Origin: an uncultured Thermoleophilia bacterium
GTDB lineage: Bacteria; Actinomycetota; Thermoleophilia; UBA2241
DNA: 64,000 nucleotides
Assembly (NCBI GenBank): GCA_963707335.1
Contig: CAVPQD010000041.1
Location: 22,681-86,680, forward strand
Direction of reading: 5' to 3'
Shown: piece after piece, positions 8,823-20,295 of the stretch
Position numbering within the stretch: position 1 is the first letter of the stretch
Layout of the letters: every line of letters begins with the position of its first letter
Made by a program: the position numbers and the translations under genes
Notes under the pieces: model-generated
What the model saw: the letters and a program-made list of their open reading frames with translations, nothing else
The model's database searches: none
What the model was told of the DNA's origin: nothing

Positions 8823-10129
8823 ATGCGTCACACCACCCGCCGCTCACCGTCTCACTCGCGTCTCGCCATCGCCGCCGTCGTGGTGGCGCTGGCCGCGCTG
8901 GTCTGCGCGGGCACGGCGCTGGCGTCCTCGCCCTGGCCGCAGGAGTCCGGGTCGCCCTCGGCGGCGCCGGTCCCGGCCGCCGCGGCCTCCACGGATCCGT
9001 CGGCGTCGCCGTCGCCGGACCCCTCGCCGTCGCCGGAGCCCACCGTCATCACCTGCGAGCTGTCGCGGGCGAGCGTCGTCTACGGCGGCGCCCTCACCGT
9101 CCGCGGCACGGTCACGCCCGCCGTCGCGGACCAGCAGGTCGTGATCGCGTTCGGCGGCGTCGACAAGGTCACGACGACGACGGACGCGAGCGGCGCCTAC
9201 CGCGCCGACATCTCCCCGAAGCGCAGCGTGGACGTCACGGCGCGCGCCGCCGACGGCACGGTCAGCGCGCCGCGTCAGGATCACGGTGCGCCCGGCGGTC
9301 AGCTTCAGTCACGGCGCGGTGATCCCCTTCCTGAGGATGCGGTACGTCGCCAGGGTGGCGCCGTCCGCCTACGACGGCGTCATCGTCGCGCGCGTCGTCC
9401 ATCGCGGCGTCCTGGTCGCCACGGTCAAGGCGCGCTGCCGCGACGGCCGCGCCGTCTTCGCCGTCCCGCTGCGCGGCATCGACTGGTTCTCGATCACGTT
9501 CTCCCTGCCGGCCGCTCAGGACCTGGGCACGCGCGTCGTCAAGAAGAGCGTCAAGGCCGAGTGGCGCACCCTCAGGGCCGGTTCCACCGGCCTGCGCGTC
9601 AAGGGGCTGCTGACGGCCCTGAACCGCCTCAAGGTCCGCGTGCCCGGCACCGGCACGACGTTCACCACGGCGTGTCGCGACTCGGTCGTCGCCTTCCAGA
9701 AGGCCTACCGGCTGCCCCGCACCTACGTCGTGGACTACGACGACTGGCGCAAGCTGGACGGCGCGGCGCCGGTCAAGCCGCGCTACTCGAGTCCGAGCGT
9801 CCACCTCGAGGTCGACAAGACGCGGCAGATCCTGATGGTCGTGAGGGAGCGGCAAGGTGGCCGGCCTCATCGCCGTGTCCACGGGCGCCACGGGCAACAC
9901 GCCCGAGGGCAGCTTCAGCATCCGGGCCAAGTCGCCGACCACGCGTCCGCTGTACGGTTCGGGCGTCCTCACGTGGGTCATGGGGTTCGTGGGCGACTTC
10001 GCCATCCACGGCTATCCGGACGTGCCCCCATACCCCGCGAGTCACGGCTGCATCCGGGAGCCGATGTGGGTCGCGAACTGGGTCTACACCCAGTCGTTCG
10101 TGGGCGAGGGGCTGTACGTGTACCGCTAG
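8823..10129 (+). CDS. Secreted L,D-transpeptidase (YkuD) with Ig-like and peptidoglycan-binding domains, frameshifted
   Basis: Signal peptide and Pro/Ser linker; 'VVAFQKAYRL' PG-binding-like; 'LEVDKTRQIL', 'TPEGSF', catalytic 'AIHGY...ASHGCIR'. Confidence 0.85.
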
Positions 10130-10592
10130 CCGTCGACGCGCGGCAGCCGCTTCTCCAGCACCACCATCTCGGCGTCCTCGCCCGCGGGCAGCACGGTGAA
10201 CTCGTGCCGGCGGTAGAGGTGCAGCGAGGGCTGGTCGACGCCGGCACGAACGCCGTGAGGCGTCCCCGCCGGCGGTCCAGCGCGACGCCCTCGGCCCAGT
10301 CGAGCAGCTGGTTGGCGACCCCGCGGGCCTCGAAGGCGGGGTGCACGCACAGGCAGCGCACCGCCAGGTCGTCGTCCTCGTCCTCCACGGCCAGGAAGCC
10401 GGCCGTCTCCGCGCCGGCCAGGGCCACGTAGACGTCGGCGCGGTCCAGCAGGTCGAGCAGCTCGGCCGCGTGATAGCGCTCGGGGTGGCCGGCGCTCTCG
10501 GCCAGCGGGTGCAGCGTCTCCTCGGCCAGCAGGATGAGCATGCCGCGGTCGTCCTGCGCCGCGGCCCTGATGTCGCACTTCACGCGGTCCAC
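10126..10592 (-). CDS. GNAT family N-acetyltransferase, frameshifted
   Basis: 'LCVHPAFEARGVANQLL' acetyl-CoA motif A; 'PSLHLYRRHEF'. Confidence 0.75.
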
Positions 10593-10640
10593 GAGACCTC
10601 CTCTCGCGTCAGCTCGTGCCCGGCGGGCCGGCGCCTGACC

Positions 10641-11497
10641 TCAGGCGGGCGGCGGCTCCGTGGGGAAGGAGCCCAGCACCTTCACCCACGGCAGCTTGCA
10701 GGCGAGGCACTTGAGCGCCTGGTCGATGGCCGGGTCGCCGCGGCGGCCCTCCATGTCGATGAAGAAGATGTAGTCGCCCAGCCCCTGCTTGGACGGCCGC
10801 GACTCGACCTTGGTCAGGTTCACGTAGCGGTGGGCGAACTCGCTGAGGATGAGCAGCAGGCTGCCCGGCTGGTCCGTGGCGATGCCGCACACGATGCTGG
10901 TCTTGTAGGCCGCGTCCAGGGTCTGCGGCGCCGGGTCGCGGCCGAGGAAGACGAAGCGTGTGCGGTTGTCCGTCGAGTCCTCGATGTCGTCGCGGACGAC
11001 GACGGCCTCGTACAGCTCGGCCGCGAGGCGCGTGCCGATGGCGACCCAGGGCCGGTCCACGCGGCTCACGCGGCGCACGGCCTCGGCGGTCGAGTCGGTC
11101 GCCTCGTGCTCCACGCCGGCCAGGTGCTCCTGGATGAAGGTGCGGCACTGGCCGTAGGCGATGGGGATGCTGATCACCTTGGTGATCTCGTCCAGGCGCA
11201 GCTCGCGGCGGGCGATGAGCTGGTGGCGTATGGCGTGGGTGACCTCGCGGACGATGAACAGGTCGTCGAAGCCCGAGGCGAGCAGGTCGAGCGTGCGGGT
11301 GACGGAGCCCTCGAGCGAGTTCTCGATGGGCACGAGGCCCAGCCGGCCTCGCCCGACTGCACGGCGTCCATCACGTCCTGGATGGTCGGGTAGGGGAACG
11401 GCGTCGCGTCCGGCGCGGGCAGGTTGCCGAGGAGGGCCTCCTCGGTGAACGTGCCCTCCGGTCCGAGGAAGGCGATCCTGCCGTTCGTCGTGCTCAC
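10641..11497 (-). CDS. pheA: Prephenate dehydratase, frameshifted
   Basis: 'IAFLGPEGTFTEEA', 'PIENSLEGSV', 'DNRTRFV', ACT domain 'VNLTKVESRPSK'. Confidence 0.93.
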
Positions 11498-11608
11498 ACC
11501 GCGCTCCTTTGCGCCGCCGCCCGCGTTCGCGTCAAGGCTATCAGAGAGGGTGCGCCAACGGGTGTGCGGCTGGCCGTGCACGTGCGTCGCGGCCGGGGAC
11601 GCCGCGGG

Positions 11609-12416
11609 TCAGCGCGCCGGCGGCGCGTCCTCGTCCGGCGGCCAGAGCTCGTCGAACACGTCGGCCGGGTCCGGCTGGCCGGCCTGCGCGGGCGGCGCCG
11701 CGGGCGCCTCGTCCGCGGGCCCCCGGGAGCGCAGCTCGCCATCGCCGGTCGCATGCTCGCCGGCCGGGGCCGGCCCGGACAGCGGCTCCGCCTCGGCGGT
11801 CGCGTGCTCGCCGTCCGGCGCGGCCGCGCCGCCGGCCGGCGCGGCGCGTGGCGCCGGCCGGCGCCGGAGACGCCGGCTCCTCGGGCCGCGGGGCGCGGGC
11901 CGCGCGCGGCCCGCGCTCGCCGGCCTTGAGCGGCCGGGGCACGGCCGCCTCGACGACCTGGCGCTCTTCCGGCGAGAGGTCGCGGTCGGCGACGCCGTTG
12001 CGCAGGTGCTTCACGTAGATGCGCGCGAAGTCGCGCGCCGCGATGGCGCTGAAGACGACGCCGGAGCGGTACTGGTCGAGCAGCGCGAACGAGGCGCTCT
12101 GCTCGCCGCCGGCGTCGCGGAAGGCGTCGTAGCGGACGATGGCGCGGTTGGTGAGCGCGCTGTCCAGGTGCCGCTTGTGCTCGTCGAGCTGGTCGGTGAG
12201 GATCTCGACCGCCTCACGCAGGTTGCGCACCTGGGAGTCGAGGTTCTCCACGTGGGCGACGATGTCGCGCTGCTCGTGCGCCCGAGGATCACGATCTGGG
12301 CGCGCCGCAGGCGTGCGCACGCCGCGCCACAGCAGGAGCAGGAGGACCAGCAGGACGGCGCACAGGGCGACCGCCGCCAGCGCCACGTAGGGGGCGATGT
12401 CACGCAGGGTCTGCAC
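11609..12416 (-). CDS. DUF4446-family membrane-anchored protein, frameshifted
   Basis: N-terminal TM then 'IVRYDAFRDAGGEQSASFALLDQYRSGVVFSAIAARDFARIYVK'; acidic Pro/Ala tail; end approximate. Confidence 0.7.
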
Positions 12417-12422
12417 AGGGTG

Positions 12423-13525
12423 CTACTTGAGCTGCAGCAGGAACTTGAACTCGCCGCTGTTGTTGGATTGTACCCGCTCCTCCGGGACCGGCCCGGCCTT
12501 GACCTTGAGCGTGAGCACCTTGCTGAGCGCGTCCGTGGGGATGGCGAACCCGGTGACGCTCACGCTCTGCGTCTGGCCGGCGGCGATGGTGGCGATGGAG
12601 CCGGTCTGCTTGAGCGTGGACTTGTCCGGCAGGACCAGCGTGACCGTCCACGGGCACGTCGTTCTCGGCCACGTCGCCCTGGTTCTGCGACCTTCACCTC
12701 GAAGGCCAGGTCGGCCGAGGCCGGCACGTTGACCGTCCTGCCCTTGACGAGCTGGACCACGGTGCCGGCGCTGGTGGCGTCGACCCCGACGAGCGCGACG
12801 CCGTGGATGCCGGTGAGCTTGGCCGAGCTGCCCACGCTGTCGACAGCGCCGACTCGACGCGGCTGCGGTCGAGCGTGTTCGGTCGTGAGGTAGTAGGTGG
12901 AGGTGGGGACCTCGACGTCGGTGACGCCCTCGTCGCTCATGGCCTGCCGCGACTGGCAGGTACACCAGGTCCATGTAGTACGCGTCCGGGCCGCTGAAGT
13001 AGCCGTCCAGCGCGGTGATCTTCTCGACGTTCGACCTTCTTCTTGCCGAGCGCGTCGAGCATGGCCGTGCGCAGCAGGCTGAAGCCGCTGGCGCGCACCT
13101 TCATGCCGGTGGCGAACTGCGTCCTGCTCGGCGTCGAGCGTGCCGGGCGGCTCGAGCCGGGCGGCGCGCACGGCGATCTCCTGCTGCTCGCCGCCCAGCT
13201 GGCCAGAGCTTGGCGATGAGCTCCTTGCGCGCTGAGCTTGGTGGGGTTGGCGATGAACCGGTTGAGCTGCTTGCCCAGGGCGTCGGAGTCGTCGATGGCG
13301 GTGGCGACGCCGTCGAAGTAGGTGCGATACGCGCCGACCTTGCGGTTGTGCTGGCAGCTGCGCGCCCACCAGGCGACGGCGAAGACGACGACGAAGAGGA
13401 TGAGCGGCGAGGATGACGATGCGCTGGATGCGCGTGCGGCGGCGGTCGGGGCGACGTCGACGGCGGGGCGGCGGTGCCTGGGTCGCTTGCTCCGGACCTG
13501 TCGCCTCGTCGTCGAAGAAGTCCAC
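12423..13525 (-). CDS. Membrane-anchored hypothetical protein with C-terminal CARDB-like Ig domain, frameshifted
   Basis: Start 'VDFFDDE', basic stretch plus TM, helical region, C-terminal 'FEVKV.NQG...IATIAAGQTQSV...VPEERVQSNN'. Confidence 0.6.
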
Positions 13526-13551
13526 GCTGCGAACCCCCGTCGTCAGGAGGA

Positions 13552-13637
13552 TGGTGGGCGAGGGGGGACTTGAACCCCCACGACGTAAGTACACTAGACC
13601 CTGAACCTAGCGCGTCTGCCAATTCCGCCACTCGCCC
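13552..13637 (-). tRNA. tRNA-Leu (CAG)
   Basis: GGGCGAGTGGCGGAATTGGCAGACGCG-CTAGG-TTCAGGG-TCTAG, variable arm, GTTCAAGTC, CCA end. Confidence 0.95.
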
Positions 13638-13710
13638 AGCAGGCTCTGTACAGGGTTCGGATTGTACCATACCGAATAGTCAGGCAAACGACCGAGATCG
13701 AGCCTCTCCC

Positions 13711-15420
13711 ATGCCTGTCGCCGCCCACAGCACGACCCCTTTGTACGCCGACTGGCGCGACCGCTACGAGCTGGTCGGCACGCATCGGCAGCGGCGGCTT
13801 CGCCGAGGTCTTCGAGGCCTGCGACCTGCAGCTCGACGAGCCCGTCGCGCTCAAGGTCGTCCCCGACGGCCGCGGCATGTCGGGCCGCGTCGTGCGCGAG
13901 GTCGAGGCCGCCGCGGCGCTCTGACCACCCCAACATCGTCGCGCTCTACGACTGGTTCGGCGACGGCGAGCGGCAGCTATCCTCGTCTGGGAGCTGGTCG
14001 ACGGCGAGTCGCTGGACAAGCTCGCCGGCGAGCTCGGCGACGGCGACGTGGTCGCCGTCGGCGTCGAGCTGCTCGACGCGCTGGCCTACGCGCACAGCCA
14101 GGGCATCATCCACCGCGACGTCAAGCCGCAGAACGTGATGCTGGACCGACGACGGCCACGTCAAGGTGATGGACTTCGGCATCGCCCGGCTCATGGACGC
14201 GCGACACGCTCACCGGCGACGGCGACGTGATCGGCACGGTCGCCTACATGTCGCCGGAGCAGGCGACCGGCCGGCGCGTCGGGCCGCCGAGCGACGTGTA
14301 CTCGGCCGGCATGGTGCTCTACGAGCTGCTCGCCGGCGCGCACCCGCTGCGCGGCGAGACGCCGGCCGAGACGCTCGTCCAACGTCGCCGCGGCGCGGCT
14401 GCCGTCGCTGGCCGACGCTGCGCCCGGACCTGCCGGACGAGCTCGTCGACTCTCGTCGACGCGGCCTGCGCGCGCGCGCCCGGCGCGAGCGGCCCACGGC
14501 CGCGGAGCTCAGCGCGGCCTTCGACGAGCTGCTGCGCAGCGGCCGTCTCGGCGCCCGCCGGCTGCGGCAGGCGCAGCGCCTGGTCGCGCCGCTCCGGCCG
14601 CGCCGGCGCGGTCGCCGAGCGCGCCGGCGGCGCCGGCGCTGGCCGCCGTCACCACCGGCGTGGTCCTCGGCGCGCTGCCGGCGTACCCGCGAGCTGGACG
14701 CTGCCGCTCGTCGCCGTCAGCGCGGCCGTCTGGGCGGTCGTGCCGCAGGCCGGCCTCGCCTGGCTGCTCGGCGCGCTGGCCTTCCCGCGTCTTCAACGTG
14801 TCGCTCAGCCTCGGCGCGCGCGTACCTGCTGTTCGCCGTCGCCCTCTTCCTGCTCACGCGCAGCCGGCCCGATCATGGCGCTGTGGCCGGCGCTCGCGCT
14901 GCTGCTCACGCCGTGCTACCTCACGCTGCTGGCGCCGGCGGGGGCGGCCGCTGCTGGGCCGCGTGCGCGGCCCGCTCACGGCCGCCTGGGCCGGCGCCGG
15001 CACGTTCGTGTACCTGCTGCTCGTGCGCGCCCCGCGCGGCCCCTTCACGCTGTACCAGCCGCGCGGCCATCTGGCCGACGAGCTGGCCGCGGCCGGCGAC
15101 CCGTTCACCGTCGTCGGCCGCGTCGCTCGAGGCTCGTCCTCGCGGCCCCGACGCTGCTGCAGATGGCGGTGTGGGCCGGGCTGGCGCGCGGCGCTGGGCG
15201 TCATCGCGCTCCACGTCGCCGCTCGAGACTGCGCCTCTGGGTCTGGGCGCTCACCTTCGCCGGCGTCTTCGCCGCCTATCGCATCGTGCCCGTCGTCGTC
15301 TGGGATTACCCGGCGCGCCTGTGCGCCGCTGCTGCTCGATGTGGCGCTCGCGGCGGCCGTGATACTCTTGCTGCTGGTCCTGACCGACCGGCGTCGCGCC
15401 GGAGGAACGCGACGATGGGC
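13711..15420 (+). CDS. Hanks-type Ser/Thr protein kinase with multi-pass membrane C-terminus, frameshifted
   Basis: 'GSGGFAEV', 'VALKV', '[13 protein letters not shown]', 'DFGIAR', '[10 protein letters not shown]', 'SDVYSAG', then many hydrophobic segments; end approximate. Confidence 0.85.
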
Positions 15421-16219
15421 ATCTTCAGGAAGGCGATTGAAGCAAGCTCGAGGGCTTCGTCGAAGGCGGCTTCGGGCGCGCCTTCAAGTCGAGCGTGCAG
15501 CCGGTCGAGCTGGCGCACAAGCTGGCCAAGGAGATGGGCGACCACAAGACGGTCGGCGTCTCCAACGTGTACGTGCCCAACGAGTTCGACGTCTACCTCG
15601 GCAAGGACGACTTCGAGCACCTCGTCTCGTTCGCCGACTCGCTCAAGACCGAGCTCGTCCAACTACGTCACCGCGTTCGCGCGGCGCGAGGGCTGGACGC
15701 TGGTCGCGCCGCCGCGCATCGAGCTCCACAAGGACGAGGACCTGCGCGTCGGCGAGTTCGGTATCGCGACGCGCACCGTCAACGCGCCGGCCGCGGAGCC
15801 GGCCGCCGGCGGTCGACGCCGTGGCGCCGCCGCCGTCGGCCGCCGCCCGCCGTCGCGGCGCCCGTCGCGCCCGGGCCCGGCCTGATCGACCAGACGGTGC
15901 TGTACGGAGCCAGCCCGTGCCGCGCCGCGTCCCGCCACGTCGCGCCGCGCTGCGCGGCCCGGCAGGGCGACCACGAGCTGCGCGAGAGCGTCACGCGTCA
16001 TCGGCCGCAGCCGCCGCTGCGACATCGTCCTCGACCGACCCCAACGTGTCGCGCCAGCACGCCGAGATCCGGCGGCAGGACGACGGCTTCCTGCTCCGCG
16101 ACCTGGGCTCCACCAACGGCACCCGCGTCAACCGGCGCGACGTCAAGCAGGCGATGCTGCAGCACGGCGACCGCATCGAGCTCGGCACCACCGAGCTGCG
16201 GTTCGAGAGGCAGTCGTGA
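15415..16219 (+). CDS. fhaA: FhaA-like DUF3662 + FHA domain protein, frameshifted
   Basis: 'FGRAFKSSVQPVELAHKLAKEM...YVPNEF' DUF3662; FHA 'IGRS...DPNVSRQHAEI...DLGSTNGT'. Confidence 0.88.
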
Positions 16220-17151
16220 CCCAGGTCGTGGTCGTGGCCGGCGCCGGCCTCACCGGCGCCAGTTGGGCGGGGCTGTTCGCGGCGCACGGCTTCACCGTGC
16301 GCCTCTACGATCGCGACGTCGAGGCGCTGGCACGGGCCGAGTTCCGCGCCCGTCTCGCGGCGCGTTTCCTCGTCGAGCAGGGGCTGGCCGAGGACGGCGC
16401 CTGCGAACGCGGTCTGGCCGCGCTGTGCGGCAGTCCCGACCCGGAGCAGGCCTTCGCCGGCGCCGCGCTCGTCCAGGAGTGCGTCACGGAGGACCTGGTC
16501 GTGAAGCGCCTGCTGTTTGCGCTGGCGGACCGCCTCGCGCCCGCCGACGCCCTCATCGCGACGAGCTCGTCGGGTCTGTCCATCACGGCCATCCAGCAGG
16601 CGGCGGACCGGCCGGAGCGCACGCTGGCGGCGCACCCCTACAACCCGCCGCACCTCGTGCCGCTCGTCGAGCTGGCGCCGGGGGAACGCACCGACCCGGC
16701 GACGATGGAACGGGCGGCGGCCGTCTACCGGTCGGCCGGCAAGAAGCCGGTGCTCGTGCGCCGTGACGTGCCCGGCTACATCGCCAACCGGCTCTCCGCG
16801 GCGCTGTGGCGTGAGGCCGTCGAGCTCGTCCGCCGCGGCGTCGCCAGCGTCGCCGACATCGATCGCGCGGTGAGCGACGGCCCCGGCCTGCGCTGGGCCG
16901 TGATGGGCCCGCACCTGCTCTACCACCTCGGCGGCGGCGAGGGCGGCATCCGCGGGCACGTGGCGCATCTCACGCACGCCAAGGAAGGCATGCTGCGCGA
17001 CCTCGCCACATGGACCACGTTCCCGGCGGACACCGCCGACGTGCTCGCCGAGGGCCTCGAAGAGGAGATCGGCGAGCGCAGTCTCGAGGAGCTCGCCGCG
17101 GCGCGCGACGCCGCGCTGTGCGCGGTACTGCGCGCCCGGGGAGACGTGTGA
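16216..17151 (+). CDS. 3-hydroxyacyl-CoA dehydrogenase family NAD-binding protein (carnitine/L-gulonate 3-dehydrogenase-like)
   Basis: Intact 311 aa ORF; 'VVAGAGLTGASWA' Rossmann motif, 'VQECVTE', 'ATSSSG', 'HPYNPPHLVPLVE', 'GPGLRWAVMGP'. Confidence 0.85.
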   Translation: MTQVVVVAGAGLTGASWAGLFAAHGFTVRLYDRDVEALARAEFRARLAARFLVEQGLAEDGACERGLAALCGSPDPEQAFAGAALVQECVTEDLVVKRLLFALADRLAPADALIATSSSGLSITAIQQAADRPERTLAAHPYNPPHLVPLVELAPGERTDPATMERAAAVYRSAGKKPVLVRRDVPGYIANRLSAALWREAVELVRRGVASVADIDRAVSDGPGLRWAVMGPHLLYHLGGGEGGIRGHVAHLTHAKEGMLRDLATWTTFPADTADVLAEGLEEEIGERSLEELAAARDAALCAVLRARGDV

Positions 17152-17185
17152 CGGGCGCCGTGGCCGTGGTCACAGGAGGCGGCGG

Positions 17186-17725
17186 ATGATCGACATCGTC
17201 CTGCTCGTCCTGAAGATCGCCATCGTGGTGCTGCTGTACCTCTTCATCTGGAGGTGGTGACGCACCGCCGTGCGCACCGTCACGAGCGCGGCCGCCCCGG
17301 CGCCGGACGTGGCGCTGCCCGAGGGGACGCGCCAGGTCGCCGCGGCCACGCCGGCGGAGCGGGCCCAGCGCCGCGAGGAGCGCGCCTCCGAGCGCACCAT
17401 GGCCGGCGAGAAGCATGGACTTCACGCGCGCACATCAACCCGCGCCTCGTCGTCGAGGAGAGCCCCATCGTGCCGCCCGGCGTGATCTTCCCGCTGGAGG
17501 GCTGGATCACGGTGGGCCGCGCCCCCACCAGCGACATCGTGCTCGACGAGCAGTTCGTGTCGAGCACCCACGCGCGGCTGGTGCCCGCGCGGCCAGTTCT
17601 ACTACGTCGAGGACCTGGGCAGCACCAACGGCACGTTCGTGAACGAGAGGCAGGTGACCGAGGCGCAGCTCAAGCTGGACAGCCGGCTGCGCATCGGCGA
17701 GACCGTCTTCCGCTACGAGGAGTGA
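17186..17725 (+). CDS. FHA domain membrane protein (FhaB/FipA-like), frameshifted
   Basis: N-terminal TM 'LLVLKIAIVVLLYLFIW'; FHA 'VGRAPTSDIVLDEQFVSSTHARL...EDLGSTNGTFVN'. Confidence 0.85.
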
Positions 17726-17732
17726 GCGCGCG

Positions 17733-18957
17733 GTGACGCTCGTCGCCCGACACGCCGCGCTCACCGACATCGGCTTGCACCGCAAGACGAACGAGGACGC
17801 CTACGTCGTGGCAGCCGCCGCTGTTCGCCGTCTGCGACGGCATGGGCGGGGCCCAGGCCGGCGAGGTCGCCAGCGGTCTGGCGGCGGAGACGCTCGCCGC
17901 GCGAGGTCGCCGCCGGCGCGCCGCTGCGCGCAGGCCGCCGAGGCGGCCAACGCGGCCGTGTTCGCGCGCGCCAACGACAACATCGAGCAGACCGGCATGG
18001 GCACCACGCTCACCGCCGTTCGTGCTCGAGGGCGACGACGGCGCGCTTCGCCCACATCGGCGACAGCCGCGCCTACCTGCTGCGCGACGGCGAGCTGCAG
18101 CAGCTGAGCGACGACCACTCGCTGGTCGGCGAGATGGTGCGGGACGGCCGCCTCACGCGCGAAGAGGCGGCGGTGCACCCGCACCGCAGCATCCTCAGCC
18201 GGGCCCTCGGCACCGAGCCGCAGGCGCGCATCGACGAGTTCGTCGTCGACCTGCTGCGCCGGCGACGTCCTGCTGCTCTGCAGCGACGGCCTCAGCGGCG
18301 TCGTGGCGGACGACGACATCCGCGTAGCGCTCGCCCGCCGCGACCCGCGAGGCGGCCGCCGAGCGTCGATCCAGAGGCGCGCAAGCAGCGGCGGCCCGGA
18401 CAACATCACGGCCGTGGTCCTGCGCCTCGACGAAGCTCCGGAGCAGGCCGCCGGCGACGAGTGTCGACGAGCCGGCGCAAGCCGAGCTGCAGGAGCTCGA
18501 AGCGGCGACGTTGGCCGTGGCCGGCGAAGAAGCGACGCCCTCGCCGGAGGCGGCGGCCGGCGACGCCGGCGCCGCGCCTGCGGAGGCGGCGGACACCGGG
18601 CCCGCCGGCGACGATGCCACCGCGACCGCCGGCGCGCCCGACCGGGCTCGCCGCTCCGTGCGGCGTCTCGCGCTGGTCGCGGCCGTGCTCGCCCTGGTCG
18701 TGCTGGTCGGCCGCTGAGCGGCGCCGTCGGCGCTCAGCACTCTTCTACTTCGTCGGCGTCGACGACGGCCGCCTGGCCATGTACAGCGGGCTGCCCGTGT
18801 CCAGTCGGCCCGCTGGACCTCAGCATGCCGTCTATCGCCACAGCGTGTCGCCTACGACACGCTCACCCCGGCGGCGAGGAAGCTCGTCGACGCGGAGCAG
18901 GTCGGCACGCGCGACGAGGCGCTGTCGCTGGCCGCCGAGCTGGGGATGTGGCCGTGA
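17733..18957 (+). CDS. pstP: PP2C-family Ser/Thr phosphatase (PstP/Stp1) with TM and extracellular domain, frameshifted
   Basis: 'TDIGLHRKTNEDA', 'VCDGMGGAQAGEVAS', 'GMGTTLTA', 'HIGDSRAY', 'LLCSDGL', 'GGPDNIT'. Confidence 0.88.
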
Positions 18958-20287
18958 GCCGGCGCAATCTGGAGCTGCTGTTCCTGGTGCTCGCCGGCGC
19001 GGTGAGCACCATGGCCTACGTGTCGGTGTACGCCGGGCCGCTTCCGCGAGATCAACCGGGTCTCGATCATCTACGGCCTGATCTTCGTGGCGATCTTCCT
19101 GGTCCTGCACGTGCGTCGTGCGCGTCTTCCTGCCGCAGGCCGACCCGTTCCTGCTGCCCCTCACCGCGCTGCTCGCCGCCATCGGCCTCACCGAGATCTT
19201 CCGCATCACGCCGGCGCTGGCGCTCACGCAGGGGCAGTGGCTGCTGGTCGGCGCCGCGCTCTTCATCGCTCACCGTGCGTCATCGTCCGCGACCACATGA
19301 AGCTGGACCGCTACCGCTACCTCATCGGCGCCGTCGGCCTGGCGCTGCTCGTGGTCACCATCGTGCTCGGCACCGACGGTCAACGGCGCCAAGCTGTGGA
19401 TCCACGCGTTCGGCTTCTCCATCCAGCCCTCGGAGTTCGCCAAGCTCGCCATCGTCATCTTCCTGGCCGGCTACCTGGACGACAAGAAGGTGCTGCTGTC
19501 GGTGCCGACGCGGCACGTGCTCGGCGTGCCCGTGCCGGCGCTCAAGTACTTCGGGCCGCTGCTGGTCATGTGGGTGCTGTCGCTCGCCATGCTCGTGTTC
19601 ATGAAGGACTTCGGCATGGCGCTGCTCTTCATGTCGATCTTCGTGGCGCTCATGTACATGGCCACGGCGCGCATCGTCTACGTGGTCATCGGCGGCGGGC
19701 TCTTCGCCGCCGCCGCGCGCGATCGCCGTCGCCATCGTGCCCGCACGTGCAGGACCGCTTCACCATCTGGCTCGACCCGTGGCCGCACGCCGCGACGACC
19801 GGCTACCAGCTGCTGCAGTCGCTGTTCACCATCGCCGACGGCGGCGTGCTCGGCGCCGGTTTCGGCCGCGGCTTCCTGCTGTACGCCGAACCGCCAGCCG
19901 GTCGTGCCCGACCTGCAGACGGACTTCATCTTCACCGCCATCGCCAACGAGATGGGCCTGCTCGGCGCCGTCGCGGCGTCGTCCTCGTGCTACCTGCTGT
20001 TCGTGTGGCGCGGCTTCCGCATCGCGGTCTGGGCGCCCGACGGCTTCTCCAAGCTGCTCGCCGCCGGCCTGGCGTTCGCCTTCGGCCTGCAGACGTTCAT
20101 CATCATCGGCGGCGTCACGCGCCTCATCCCGCTCACCGGCATCACGCTCCCGTTCGTGAGCTACGGCGGCAGCTCCATCACCGCCAACCTCATGCTCGTG
20201 GCGCTGCTGCTCATGGTCTCGCATCGCACCAACGTGCTGCGCGGCGGCAGCGAGCTCGAGCGCCGGCGCCTGGCGGAGAGGGGGTAG
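18954..20287 (+). CDS. rodA: SEDS family protein RodA/FtsW, frameshifted
   Basis: 'SRRNLELLFL', 'SIQPSEFAK', 'KDFGMAL', 'TDFIFTAIANEMG', 'LIPLTGITLPFVSYGGSS'. Confidence 0.92.
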
Positions 20288-20295
20288 GGGCGACG

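Noticed and set aside
7521-10199. 892 aa plus-strand ORF and many other long Arg/Ala/Pro-rich ORFs in the track
   Set aside because: Antisense or alternate-frame shadows of real genes in high-GC DNA, sometimes joined to real fragments by indels
14660-16219. Apparent kinase-FHA fusion ORF
   Set aside because: fhaA has its own GGAGG RBS and ATG at 15415; continuity arises from frameshift errors
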